From Bacteroidales bacterium (GTDB taxonomy: Bacteria > Bacteroidota > Bacteroidia > Bacteroidales > UBA7960): a stretch of 37,526 nt of DNA. This document shows, piece after piece, positions 1 through 10,200 of this stretch. The notes below the pieces were generated by a model that did not search any database, had not been told where the DNA came from, and was given only the letters and a program-made list of their open reading frames with translations. The stretch spans positions 1 to 37,526 of the forward strand of contig SKYG01000012.1 of the NCBI GenBank assembly GCA_007128045.1, in the 5' to 3' direction. Position 1 is the stretch's first letter. Each line of letters opens with the position of its first letter. Position numbers and translations under genes: made by a program.

Positions 1-2
1 AA

Positions 3-1037
3 ATTGCTGTCATAGCGTTCAGTACTATCTTTCTTTTCCTGGGTTGCAATATGCGCCCAAAAAATGACATCACCGTTTTTCCCGCTTCAAAAAAAGCAAC
101 TCTGAATGAAATCGGTATTCCGAACGTTTTAGCGGTACCAATGGAGCTTGTAATTCTCGATGATAAGATTATAATTTATGATATGCTTTCTGAATGGATA
201 TTCAAAATTTTTTCCAGAGAGAGTTTTGATTTTAAAGGAGATTTAATCATGCGAGGAAGGGGACCCATGGAAGAAGTAGACGTTTCGCCATATTTCAGAA
301 GATATGGGAATGACACTTTTCTTTACAAAAGCACTGGCACCGTAAAAGTTGCTGAAATACATTCCAACAATAGAGATTTGAATTATGTTATCATTGATGA
401 ATTTGCTTTGCCTGCGGATATGCATTATGATGACGATTTTTTTCTGTTAAACGACAAACTCTTCTCATCTATTACCTTTCAATCGATCGCCAGGGATTTT
501 AGATGTTTTGACATTGATGCCAATAGTACCTACGAGTGGGGAGAATTACTTCCCCTGCGCAGACCAAAATCTTTGCATCCAGATGACATATTCTATCTTG
601 CCAAGTTTACAACAGTGAATCCTGACCAAAATCTTTTAGCCGTTGTTTATCAGAACCTTCCAATACTTAGAATTTATTGCATTAATAGTGTCCGGGCGCT
701 TTCTCAACAACATATGGCCGATGGTTCAGATAACATAAAATATTTTAAAAGAAATTCTTTTGGAGAAGGATTTCTCACATATTATGGGCGCATAAAATCA
801 ACCAAAGAATTTATTTACGCACTTTACCCAGGTACTGGTTTGTCCTGGGATGATGAAAATATTCCTGACTTAGCAACTGTTATTCATATCTGGAAATGGG
901 ACGGAACACCGGCGATGAAGCTTGAGCTTGACCGACCCATCTTTTCGTTTGACGTTACCCCCGACAACAAGCAGCTAATAGCCTCCTCAATAGTAGATGT
1001 TGACAAGCTTTTCGTGGCTGAGATACCATGGGATTAA
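3..1037 (+). CDS. Lipoprotein, probable 6-bladed beta-propeller (TolB-like/BF3164-type); 5' end outside window
   Basis: The frame stays open upstream of the ATG at 51 and reads IAVIAFSTIFLFLGCN, a hydrophobic stretch with a lipobox (Cys codon 45-47). Motifs RGRGPMEE, FIYALY, IHIWKWDGTP and FSFDVTPDNKQL resemble Bacteroidota TolB-like propeller lipoproteins. Confidence 0.7.
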   Translation: MAVIAFSTIFLFLGCNMRPKNDITVFPASKKATLNEIGIPNVLAVPMELVILDDKIIIYDMLSEWIFKIFSRESFDFKGDLIMRGRGPMEEVDVSPYFRRYGNDTFLYKSTGTVKVAEIHSNNRDLNYVIIDEFALPADMHYDDDFFLLNDKLFSSITFQSIARDFRCFDIDANSTYEWGELLPLRRPKSLHPDDIFYLAKFTTVNPDQNLLAVVYQNLPILRIYCINSVRALSQQHMADGSDNIKYFKRNSFGEGFLTYYGRIKSTKEFIYALYPGTGLSWDDENIPDLATVIHIWKWDGTPAMKLELDRPIFSFDVTPDNKQLIASSIVDVDKLFVAEIPWD

Positions 1038-1141
1038 TTGATTATAACAAATTAAGTTAGTGTCCCGCTTATTGTGTGGTTGAGAAGAACAGACGAGACT
1101 GGTTGTTGTCAAAAGTGATAACAATAGGTCAAATAAATTTA

Positions 1142-1149
1142 TAATTTAG
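1142..1149 (+). promoter_or_regulatory. Possible Bacteroidota -7 promoter element variant (TAATTTAG) upstream of tolC
   Basis: One mismatch to TAnnTTTG, in an AT-rich spacer about 115 bp before the tolC start. Confidence 0.35.
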
Positions 1150-1263
1150 CGGCATAACGAAATAATTAATATATTTAACCACAATATATCAATATACACC
1201 CGTATTTGCCGTTTTTCACCTGCTCGCCACACAGACCATTTGATCATCTATAAAGAATAAACC

Positions 1264-2757
1264 ATGAGAAGGTATTTCATCACCATTGCATTGTTCATAC
1301 ATAGTTTTACCTCCTTGTCCTCACAGGAAAAACTGCACCTCACCCTGGATGATGTGTTAACGCTTGCCCGTGAACAATCACTTCAGACATTCCTGAATCA
1401 GCATTATTATATGGTTGACTATTGGGCATACCGCAGCTTTAAGGCAGACTTTCTGCCATCGGTAAACCTGAGGGCAAATCCATTGGGATATTCCAATGTG
1501 TCACGTCTGCGATACAACTCTTTAACCCAAACCGATGAATTTGTTCGTACCGAGAATCTTACATCCGACATGGTACTTGAAGTGTCTCAGAAACTGGCAG
1601 CTACCGGAGGAACGTTCTTTATGCAATCTGAACTGGGACGAATTGAAAATTTTGGCTTGAATAACTTCACTCAATACTCATCCGTGCCCTTCAGAATTGG
1701 CTATCAACAGGAACTGTTTGGCTTCAATCCCATGAAATGGCTTCGTAAAATTGAACCGCTCAAATTTGAAAAAGCCAGGCAAGAGTATCTTGAGTCAGTT
1801 GAAGATATGCATATTGCCGCAGTCCGTTACTTCTTTGCGATGGCCAGGGCTGCCGTTAGACAAGAGACGGCCTCAACAAACCTCGAAAACAATAACAACC
1901 TCCTTCAGATAGCACACAATCGCTTTGAGCTGGGAACCGTAACCCGTGAGGAATTGCTTGACTTGAGATTATCAAGCAACAATGCCGCAATCGTGCTACA
2001 GGAATCCAACCTGGAATACCGTGAAACAAAAGAGAGCCTGCTGAATTTTCTGATGCTGCCTATCGATACGGACATCGAAATACAACTGCCTAACAACATC
2101 CCTGTAACGCAAGTGGATGTCGGGATTGTGCTTCACAATGCCTTTGCCAACAACCCGGAGATACTGCAATTGGAACAGCAAGTCCTTGAAAGCAAAAGAA
2201 ATGTTGAACAGGCCAAAACAGCCCGCCACTTTCGCGCCAATGTCAATGTTTTTTATGGTATGAGTAAGGATGATGGTGATTTGTCGCGAAGCGGACATAT
2301 CGATAATGTCTATAGTGGAGATTTTAACAACCACCAGCGGATATCATTGGGCATCAATATCCCTATACTTGACTGGGGAAGAAATAAAGGACACTATGAA
2401 ATAGCCTTATCGCAACAACAAATTGCCGAAACTGCTGCACAGCAGTCGCTGCAGAAGTTCGAACAAAAGGCTGTAACAGATGCTATCGCTTTCAATATAC
2501 AGAAAGCACGTGTTGAGTCAGCTGCCCTTTCCGATACCCTGGCCGCAGAAAGTTATGAATTGACCATGGCAAGGTTTCGCGGTGGACAGGCGGATGTGTT
2601 AAGGCTTACCTCTTCTCAAAGTGCGAAGGATAACGCACGGCTGCAATACATCAATACCTTGTCTGAATATTGGGAAAGTTATTTTCTGCTCAGACGCCTG
2701 ACATTATACGATTTTGAAAATAACAGGGTCATAGAGTTTAATGAAATGGAGTTATAG
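1264..2757 (+). CDS. TolC family outer-membrane efflux protein
   Basis: Signal peptide, LTLDDVLTLA N-terminal helix, FLPSVNL, ARFRGGQ and INIPILDWG motifs, two repeated OEP halves, and position upstream of adaptor and RND genes. Confidence 0.92.
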   Translation: MRRYFITIALFIHSFTSLSSQEKLHLTLDDVLTLAREQSLQTFLNQHYYMVDYWAYRSFKADFLPSVNLRANPLGYSNVSRLRYNSLTQTDEFVRTENLTSDMVLEVSQKLAATGGTFFMQSELGRIENFGLNNFTQYSSVPFRIGYQQELFGFNPMKWLRKIEPLKFEKARQEYLESVEDMHIAAVRYFFAMARAAVRQETASTNLENNNNLLQIAHNRFELGTVTREELLDLRLSSNNAAIVLQESNLEYRETKESLLNFLMLPIDTDIEIQLPNNIPVTQVDVGIVLHNAFANNPEILQLEQQVLESKRNVEQAKTARHFRANVNVFYGMSKDDGDLSRSGHIDNVYSGDFNNHQRISLGINIPILDWGRNKGHYEIALSQQQIAETAAQQSLQKFEQKAVTDAIAFNIQKARVESAALSDTLAAESYELTMARFRGGQADVLRLTSSQSAKDNARLQYINTLSEYWESYFLLRRLTLYDFENNRVIEFNEMEL

Positions 2758-2783
2758 TATAAAACAATATAAATCATAATGAC

Positions 2784-3881
2784 ATGCCTGAACATCCGAT
2801 TCTTCTCACAATAAAAGTCATGTTGCTGGCCGCATGCTTATCGGCAATTGTATCATGCCGTCAACAGAGCGGTGACGATTCTACCGCCCTTGCGCGTAGG
2901 GCACACTATGCAGAGCTTATTGAAGTGAGTACTACCCCCGCAAAAAAGGGCAATTTCTCAATGGAGCTTATTACAAACGGCCGCCTGAGTGCAATAAATA
3001 AGGCTACAGTGCTATTCAGGGTGCAGGAATTGGTCAGGGAAGTTCATGTGATCAACGGCCAGAGAGTAAGAAAAGGTGAACTACTGGCTGTGCTGGAGGA
3101 GTTCCCCTTTGTGTCGAGACTCGAGAGGGCCCTCGACCAGGTTGAGAAAACCAGGCTGGAACTGGAAGACGTGCTGTTAGGTTATGGCCATTTCTTACGC
3201 GATAGTGCCCAGGTATCCGAACATATCTGGAATATGGCAAAAATAAGAAGCGGGTATAATGCCGCCATGAACGAGTTGGCCGAAGCGCGATATCAAATGA
3301 ATGGCACCAGGATCGAGGCTCCTGTTGCCGGAGTGGTTTCAGGACTGGAGGTCAAACCCCATAACCACAGTTCATCCTATGAAAAATTTTGTGTAATTGT
3401 TGATAATACACGCCTGGAAGCCAGATTTCCAGTTCTGGAGTCGGAAACATCGATGGTGGCCAGAGGGCAACCCGTGGAGGTAAGGCCCTATGCAAACAGG
3501 AGTATATCATATACAGGTACTGTAACAGGTTTTGACCCAAGTGTTGATGAGCGGGGGATGGTAATGGTAAGGGCATTGATAGAAAACCCCGGTGGCGAAC
3601 TGCTGGATGGAATGAATGTGCAGGTAATCCTTAAAAAGGAAATACCCAACCAGATCATTGTCCCGCGTGATGCGCTGGTGCTAAGGCAGGGAAGACAGGT
3701 GGTCTTTACTCTGGAAGATAGTATCGCACTTTGGACCTATGTTGAAACTGGTTTTCAGAATAGCAGGGAGTATACCATAAATAGCGGCATTATCGAGGGA
3801 CAGGAGGTTATTGTGTCAGGTAATTTCAACCTGGCACATGAAACCCCGGTAAGGAAAGTTCAACAAGAGGATAATCGCTAA
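2784..3881 (+). CDS. Efflux RND transporter periplasmic adaptor (MFP), probable lipoprotein
   Basis: Lipobox-like SAIVSC, lipoyl half-motifs VINGQRVRKGELLAVL and IEAPVAGVVS, LLDGMNV, IIVPRDAL and VETG...GIIEGQEVIVSG. Confidence 0.92.
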   Translation: MPEHPILLTIKVMLLAACLSAIVSCRQQSGDDSTALARRAHYAELIEVSTTPAKKGNFSMELITNGRLSAINKATVLFRVQELVREVHVINGQRVRKGELLAVLEEFPFVSRLERALDQVEKTRLELEDVLLGYGHFLRDSAQVSEHIWNMAKIRSGYNAAMNELAEARYQMNGTRIEAPVAGVVSGLEVKPHNHSSSYEKFCVIVDNTRLEARFPVLESETSMVARGQPVEVRPYANRSISYTGTVTGFDPSVDERGMVMVRALIENPGGELLDGMNVQVILKKEIPNQIIVPRDALVLRQGRQVVFTLEDSIALWTYVETGFQNSREYTINSGIIEGQEVIVSGNFNLAHETPVRKVQQEDNR

Positions 3882-3970
3882 TAACGATTATATTTTATTC
3901 AAACCGGACAACTCAGGTTTTTGCATGTATAATCTATACAGGTTAGGTACAGAAGATTAAAGATGCTGAA

Positions 3971-6900
3971 ATGATAAATGCAGGGTTCAATAACAGGCAG
4001 CCAGGCCTCCTTCCATGGGGGATGTCAGCATTTACTACCAATATCATTTTCGTGGTGTTGATAATTGGCGGTATTGCCCTCGCCCCGCTCACCTCATTCA
4101 AGTTTAAACCAACCCGTGCACTGCCTTCGATATCGGTGAGCTATAACTGGCCAAATATTAGTGGCAGGGTTATTGAAATGCAGGTTACCGGCCCCCTGGA
4201 ATCTGCCTTTTCTACAGTTAGGGGAATAAGAAACATCAACTCCGTATCTTCCAGAGGCAGCGGCAGGATCAATATGGCGTTCGACAAAACTGCCGACATG
4301 GATGCGATTAGGTTCGAGATCGCTGCGCTTATTCGTCAGGTGTATCCTAAGCTGCCTGAAGGCGTGAGCCGGCCTTCGCTGACCCTAAACAGACCCGGCG
4401 AAAACGAACCACCCCTGATAACCTATACCATTAATGCCAAAACAACGGTTTTTACCATTGGTAAGTATGCTGAAGATGTGATCAAAAGGCGGCTGTCAGA
4501 TATACCGGGAGTGTATTCAATAGATATTACCGGTACACTTCCCTATGAATGGGAACTGAAATATGATGCTGACAGGATGCAGGAGCTTGGCATTGACCAT
4601 ACAAAACTTCGCGCATCTATTAACAACTACCTTAGCGTACATGAAATGGGTCAGGTGCTGCTGGATCGGGACGGGGATACGGAAAACAGGATCAATCTGC
4701 TTTTCAGAGGAAACCCGGGCGACAACTTTAACTGGGAACATATTCCGGTTGCAGTTTCAGGCGGAAGAATAGTGAAACTGACCGAAGTGGCACAGCCCTG
4801 GTACGTTGAGCAGGCTCCCAACTCTTATTACCGCATTAACGGACTGAGTACCGTGAATATGATAATTACCGCGGAAAAAGGCGCCAACCACCTGAACGTG
4901 GCAAAGGAGGTGAAAAACAGGATGAGCCGTCTGCGGGATGAACTGCCCGCAGGATTCTCAATAACCGTAGCCCGCGATTCAACAGAGTTTCTAAGAGGTG
5001 AGCTACGAAAGAACATATTTCGTACCTCCTTTTCCCTGGTGGCACTCCTGATCTTTATATACCTGGTAACCCTGCAACGACGCTACCTGTACATTGTCGC
5101 CATAAGCCTCCTGGCAAACCTGATCATTGCCTTTATCTTTTATTTCATGCTCGGTGTTGAGATACACCTCTACTCACTTGCTGGGATCACTGTGTCTTTG
5201 GGGATTCTGATCGACAATACCATCGTGATGATAGACCATCTGCGCCATAAGAAAAACCTGAAAATATTCATTGCCCTCCTGGCTGCAACCCTTACCACCA
5301 TCGGTGCGTTGACAGTGGTCTTTTTCCTTAAGGAAAGCCAAAAGGTAGACCTGGTAGATTTTTCAATGGTTGTTATCATTAACCTCTCGATATGCCTCTT
5401 TATTGCCTTGTTTTTTGTACCCGCCCTTATGGAGAAGATGCCGCTGCGTACCAACCATACATCCAGGATGTTGCGTAGAAAAAGGCGTGTGGCAGCATTC
5501 AACGGTTACTACCGGCGTTATATTGCATTTGGCCGACGCTTCAGATTCGCTTTTATCATTGCCGCGGTACTGGCATTTGGCTTGCCTGTATTCTGGCTCC
5601 CGCAAAAAGTAGAAGGTGAAAAGTGGTACCATTCCCTTTATAACACCACCCTGGGTAGTGAAAAATATATCAAATCCATAAAGCCTGTAACCGACAAGGT
5701 ACTTGGAGGAACGCTCAGGCTCTTTGTCTATCACGTATCGGAACGGTCATTCTTTACACAGCCCGAACGTACCACCCTGCACGTCAGGGCTTACCTCCCT
5801 GAAGGGTCAACCATTATACAGGCAAATACGGTGATGGAGGATTGGGAGAATTTCCTGGCGCGCTTTGATGAGGTTGAGCAATATCATACCAGAGTGAATG
5901 GACCGGAAAGTGGCAGTATAGAAATTCATTTTTATCCTGAACATGAAAATACCTTTTTCCCTTACCGGCTCAAAAGCCTGCTTGAGCAAAAGGCTATCTA
6001 TTCAGGAGGTGCCGATTTTACGGTGTTTGGCGTGGGACAGGGTTTCTCAAACAGGTTTTATGAAAGAGCAAGCCCCGGCATCAGAATCACCGGCTACAAC
6101 TACGACATGCTTTCCAACTATGCCACGCAGATTGTTGCAAAACTCGAAGCACAACCCAGGATACAAAAAGTGCACATGCAATCAAGCCGGAATTACTGGT
6201 CCCTTGACCTGAGAACAGAATATCACATGGAGTTTGACAGGGGCTCCCTTGCAAGACTGGGATATACCATCCCCAGTGTTTATTCATACCTCCGCAGCCT
6301 CTTTATTCATGATTCAGGCCCTTTTGGAGGAAATATTCAGGGAGAGTATGTGCCCATGCGGTTAAAAGCAAAAAATGCTGAACAACTGGGACTATGGGAA
6401 GTGGAAAATACGATGATCGGCAGCAGCAGAGGCCATGCTTTCAAATTAAACGAGGTTGCTGAAATTACAAGAACAAGGGCGCCAGATGCGGTTTTCAAGG
6501 AGAACCAGCAGTATTTTATAACCCTGATGTATGACTTCATGGGTCCATATGAACTGTCGAGAAGAGTAAGAGAAGGCGTAATAGATGAGGCCAACGGGTT
6601 TCTGCCATTGGGATTCAGGGCATTAGACCCGCAAAGGGGTATGACATGGAGGGTTGATGAAAAAAGACAATATGGCCTGTTACTCCTTGTCATATTGATC
6701 ATATTCTTTATATGTGCCATATTGCTGGAGTCATTGCTGCAGCCCCTGGCTGTCATTCTTATGTTGCTGCTGTCATATATTGGCGTATTTCTCACATTTT
6801 ACTTGTTTAACTTTAATTTCGACCAGGGGGGATACGCAGCCTTCCTGTTTTTGAGCGGCATCGTGGTTAACTCAGCACTGTATATCCTTAACGATTTGAA

Positions 6901-7186
6901 TAACCTGCGCAAAAGCAATCCCTATCTGACGGTTATCGATATGTATATCAAGGCGTATAATGCCAAGATCATTCCCATATTGCTGACCGTGATATCCACC
7001 ATACTGGGACTGACGCCTTTTCTTTTTGGTGGCAAAACCGAGTCATTCTGGTTCGCCCTGGCGGTAGGAACGATCGGAGGACTGGTTTTCTCTCTTCTTG
7101 TGTTGATGGTGTTTTTGCCGCTATTGATAAAATATGTGTCGCCTGAAAGATCTTCTGTGTCGCTGTACCTGCGAAACCTGTGCTGA
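3971..7186 (+). CDS. Efflux RND transporter permease subunit A (AcrB/AcrD/AcrF family); alternative start 4022
   Basis: 1071 aa with 1+5+1+5 TM topology, QVTGPLESAF, TM4 GILIDNTIV and PILLT motifs. Confidence 0.92.
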   Translation: MINAGFNNRQPGLLPWGMSAFTTNIIFVVLIIGGIALAPLTSFKFKPTRALPSISVSYNWPNISGRVIEMQVTGPLESAFSTVRGIRNINSVSSRGSGRINMAFDKTADMDAIRFEIAALIRQVYPKLPEGVSRPSLTLNRPGENEPPLITYTINAKTTVFTIGKYAEDVIKRRLSDIPGVYSIDITGTLPYEWELKYDADRMQELGIDHTKLRASINNYLSVHEMGQVLLDRDGDTENRINLLFRGNPGDNFNWEHIPVAVSGGRIVKLTEVAQPWYVEQAPNSYYRINGLSTVNMIITAEKGANHLNVAKEVKNRMSRLRDELPAGFSITVARDSTEFLRGELRKNIFRTSFSLVALLIFIYLVTLQRRYLYIVAISLLANLIIAFIFYFMLGVEIHLYSLAGITVSLGILIDNTIVMIDHLRHKKNLKIFIALLAATLTTIGALTVVFFLKESQKVDLVDFSMVVIINLSICLFIALFFVPALMEKMPLRTNHTSRMLRRKRRVAAFNGYYRRYIAFGRRFRFAFIIAAVLAFGLPVFWLPQKVEGEKWYHSLYNTTLGSEKYIKSIKPVTDKVLGGTLRLFVYHVSERSFFTQPERTTLHVRAYLPEGSTIIQANTVMEDWENFLARFDEVEQYHTRVNGPESGSIEIHFYPEHENTFFPYRLKSLLEQKAIYSGGADFTVFGVGQGFSNRFYERASPGIRITGYNYDMLSNYATQIVAKLEAQPRIQKVHMQSSRNYWSLDLRTEYHMEFDRGSLARLGYTIPSVYSYLRSLFIHDSGPFGGNIQGEYVPMRLKAKNAEQLGLWEVENTMIGSSRGHAFKLNEVAEITRTRAPDAVFKENQQYFITLMYDFMGPYELSRRVREGVIDEANGFLPLGFRALDPQRGMTWRVDEKRQYGLLLLVILIIFFICAILLESLLQPLAVILMLLLSYIGVFLTFYLFNFNFDQGGYAAFLFLSGIVVNSALYILNDLNNLRKSNPYLTVIDMYIKAYNAKIIPILLTVISTILGLTPFLFGGKTESFWFALAVGTIGGLVFSLLVLMVFLPLLIKYVSPERSSVSLYLRNLC

Positions 7187-7200
7187 GCTTAGTCGAAGTA
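7177..7200 (+). repeat. 24-bp REP-like unit CCTGTGCTGAGCTTAGTCGAAGTA containing the RND-A stop codon
   Basis: Resembles the dispersed CTGAGC..GTCGAAG repeats I recall from Bacteroidota intergenic DNA. It lies between CCTGCGAAA and TCTGCGGG. Only one copy is in this window. Confidence 0.5.
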
Positions 7201-7268
7201 TCTGCGGGACACATAAATAACAGACTTTCGCGGATCGTTTGTATGTATATAAAACTTGAAATGGTACT

Positions 7269-10200
7269 ATGGTAAAATTCCTTATTAATCGACCGGTTGC
7301 GGTAATCATGAGTTTTCTGGCGATGGTATTGCTGGGATTGGTAAGCGGTGGACTGCTCCCGGTGTCGCTGTTGCCTGACATACAAATACCGGAGATCACC
7401 GTTCAGGTTTCGCATCCCAATGCTTCGGTCAGAGAGCTGGAGAATACTGTGGTAAGGCCACTCCGACAACAACTGCTTCAGGTGGCTGGGCTGTCAGACA
7501 TTGAGAGTGAGGTCCGCGATGGTAACGCAATGATACGTTTGCGTTTCACCCACGGCTCGAACATGAATTACCTCTATATCGAAGTCAATGAAAAAATTGA
7601 TGCCGTAATGGGCAACCTGCCAAGGGAACTGGAAAGACCCCGTGTGATCAAGGCAAGCGCATCGGATATTCCGGTTTTCTATCTTAATATATTTATGAAC
7701 AGAATAGATCAGGATCAGGACCTTTCCCAATTTCTTGAGCTGAGTGAGTTTGCCGATTGGGTTATTCGCAAGCGAATCGAACAATTGCCGCAGGTGGCCA
7801 TGGTCGATGTAAGCGGTTTGGTATACCCTGAAGTTTCTGTAGTGCCTGATCAGGGGATGATGACAGGCCTGGGTTTGACACATGATGATATCAGGCAGAT
7901 GATGGAGCAGAACAACGTGACCCTCGGGAGCCTCATGGTGCGCGATGGCATCTACCAGTATAACGTAAGGTTTACCTCAACACTGCATAATGTTGAGGAT
8001 ATCGGGAATATCATGATCATGGCTTCAGACAGGCTGTTTAGACTAAAAGATCTGGCAAAGATAAACGTACGCCCAAGAAAACCGGAGGGCCTCTTTCACT
8101 GGAACGGCAGGCCTGCTGTCACAATGGCCGTTATAAAGCAAGCCGAAGCCCGTATGAGCGACATGAAAGCGGCGATGAAAAACCTTACATCAAGGTTTGA
8201 AAAGGATTACCCCCAGATGCGTTTTGAACTTTCGCAGGACCAGACGGGTATATTGGACTATACCATCGGAAACCTGAGAAATAACCTGATCCTCGGGGGC
8301 AGCCTGGCAATTATCTTGATGTTCCTGTTTCTGAAGGATGTAAGGTCGCCGTTGCTAATTGCCATGAGTGTACCTACCTCACTTATTATCAGCTTGCTGT
8401 TTTTCAAGCTGACGGGCCTGTCACTCAATATCATTTCCCTGTCGGGTTTGATACTCGGAGTGGGTATGATGATTGACAATTCAATCATCGTTATAGACAA
8501 TATCACCCAGCACATGGAACGTGGCCACCCGCTTCACGAAGCATGTATAAAGGGTACCAATGAAGTTATCCGGCCACTGATATCATCTGTACTGACTACC
8601 TGTGCGGTGTTTATCCCCCTGATCTTTCTTAGCGGCATTGCCGGAGCCCTTTTCTACGATCAGGCAATAGCAGTGGCCTCAGGACTGGCTGCGTCACTAA
8701 TCGTGTCAATAACGCTAATTCCGGCATTGTATCACCTGATTCATTATAAAACCCGAAACAAGTCCGGCTTGAAGAAGTTCCATTCTTTTCAGGTGTTCAA
8801 ACTCGAGAATGCCTATAACCGAGGATTCGACCTGGTGTTTAAGTACCGCCGTCTTGCCATGGTTGGTTTTGTATTGTTATTGTTGATTGCCGGAGCACTG
8901 TATACCATGTTGCCCCTGCAAAAGATGCCACCGCTTAAGCAGATAGAAATGGTCATGAAGATCGACTGGAACGAAAGCATCCATCTTGACGAGAACACCT
9001 CAAGGGTATCGTCACTGATCAATCACCATGATGAGATGATTGTAGAATCGGCCGCTTTTACCGGGCGGCAACAGTTTCTGCTCGGACGTGACATTGATAA
9101 CGATATAACCCACGCCTATGTCTATCTGAAATCCCATGATCAACAGTCACTATCTGCGCTCAGGGAAAACATACTTGCTACCGTTGCCAGTCGCTATCCC
9201 CTGGCAAGAATCGGCTTTGAGCCTGCAACAAATGTGTTTGATAAGATCTTTGAATCACAACAGCCCCCCCTGGTTGCGAAAATTACCAGCGTTCAGGGAC
9301 AAAGGGTGCCGGAAGTGAAAAAGATCAGGCACATTGGACGGATGATTGCCGGTGCCCACCCTGATGCTGAAATTAACCCATTGCCATTGGGTGAGAATAT
9401 TGTTTTAGGGGTGTATCCTGACAAGCTATTGCTATACAAGGTGAATCAAACCCACCTTTACGGTCAGATAAAAACGGCACTTGATCAGTACGAGATAGGC
9501 CGGTTAATGGCCGATCAGACTCTGGTGCCCATTGTTTTGGGGGAGGAGGAACGGCTGATTGAAGATATCATTAACACCCTGCTGGTACGAAATTCTGAAG
9601 GTGCCCACATTCCCGCCACAGCACTTGTCAGCATGCACCGGGAGGCCGGTTACAGCTCCCTGGCTGCAGGCAGAGAGGGAGAGTATATACCTGTAATATT
9701 CAGCAATCCGGGAAACAGAACCGGGATGCTTATCAGCAGTGTGGAGCAGCTTGTAAGGCAAGACCCTGAACTTGATGTGAGCTTTTCTGGCAGCTGGTTT
9801 GAAACGCGCATGCTGATGCGTGAGATGCTGCTCGTGGTGCTGATCTCTCTGCTGCTTCTGTATTTTATCCTGGCAGCTCAGTTCGAATCGCTGCTACAGC
9901 CCCTCATTGTGATGCTGGAGATACCAATGAACCTGGCAGGGGTGTTCCTTGCCCTGTTTATTGCCGGGGCAGGTATCAATATCATGTCAATGATTGGTAT
10001 CGTGGTAATGGCAGGTATCGTGATCAACGACTCCATCCTAAAGATAGACACCATCAACCACCTGAGGGCTGACGGCATGTCGCTCATGGATGCGTTGCAT
10101 ACCGGCGGTACCAGAAGGCTGAAACCTATTGTGATGACAAGCCTCACCACCATTCTCGCCCTGACACCCACACTCATTGGCAAAGACATGGGCTCGGAGT

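Noticed and set aside
6969-7472. Antisense ORFs across the RND-A/RND-B junction, and the other short shadow ORFs in the track
   Set aside because: They lie opposite or within well-supported genes and show no independent coding features.
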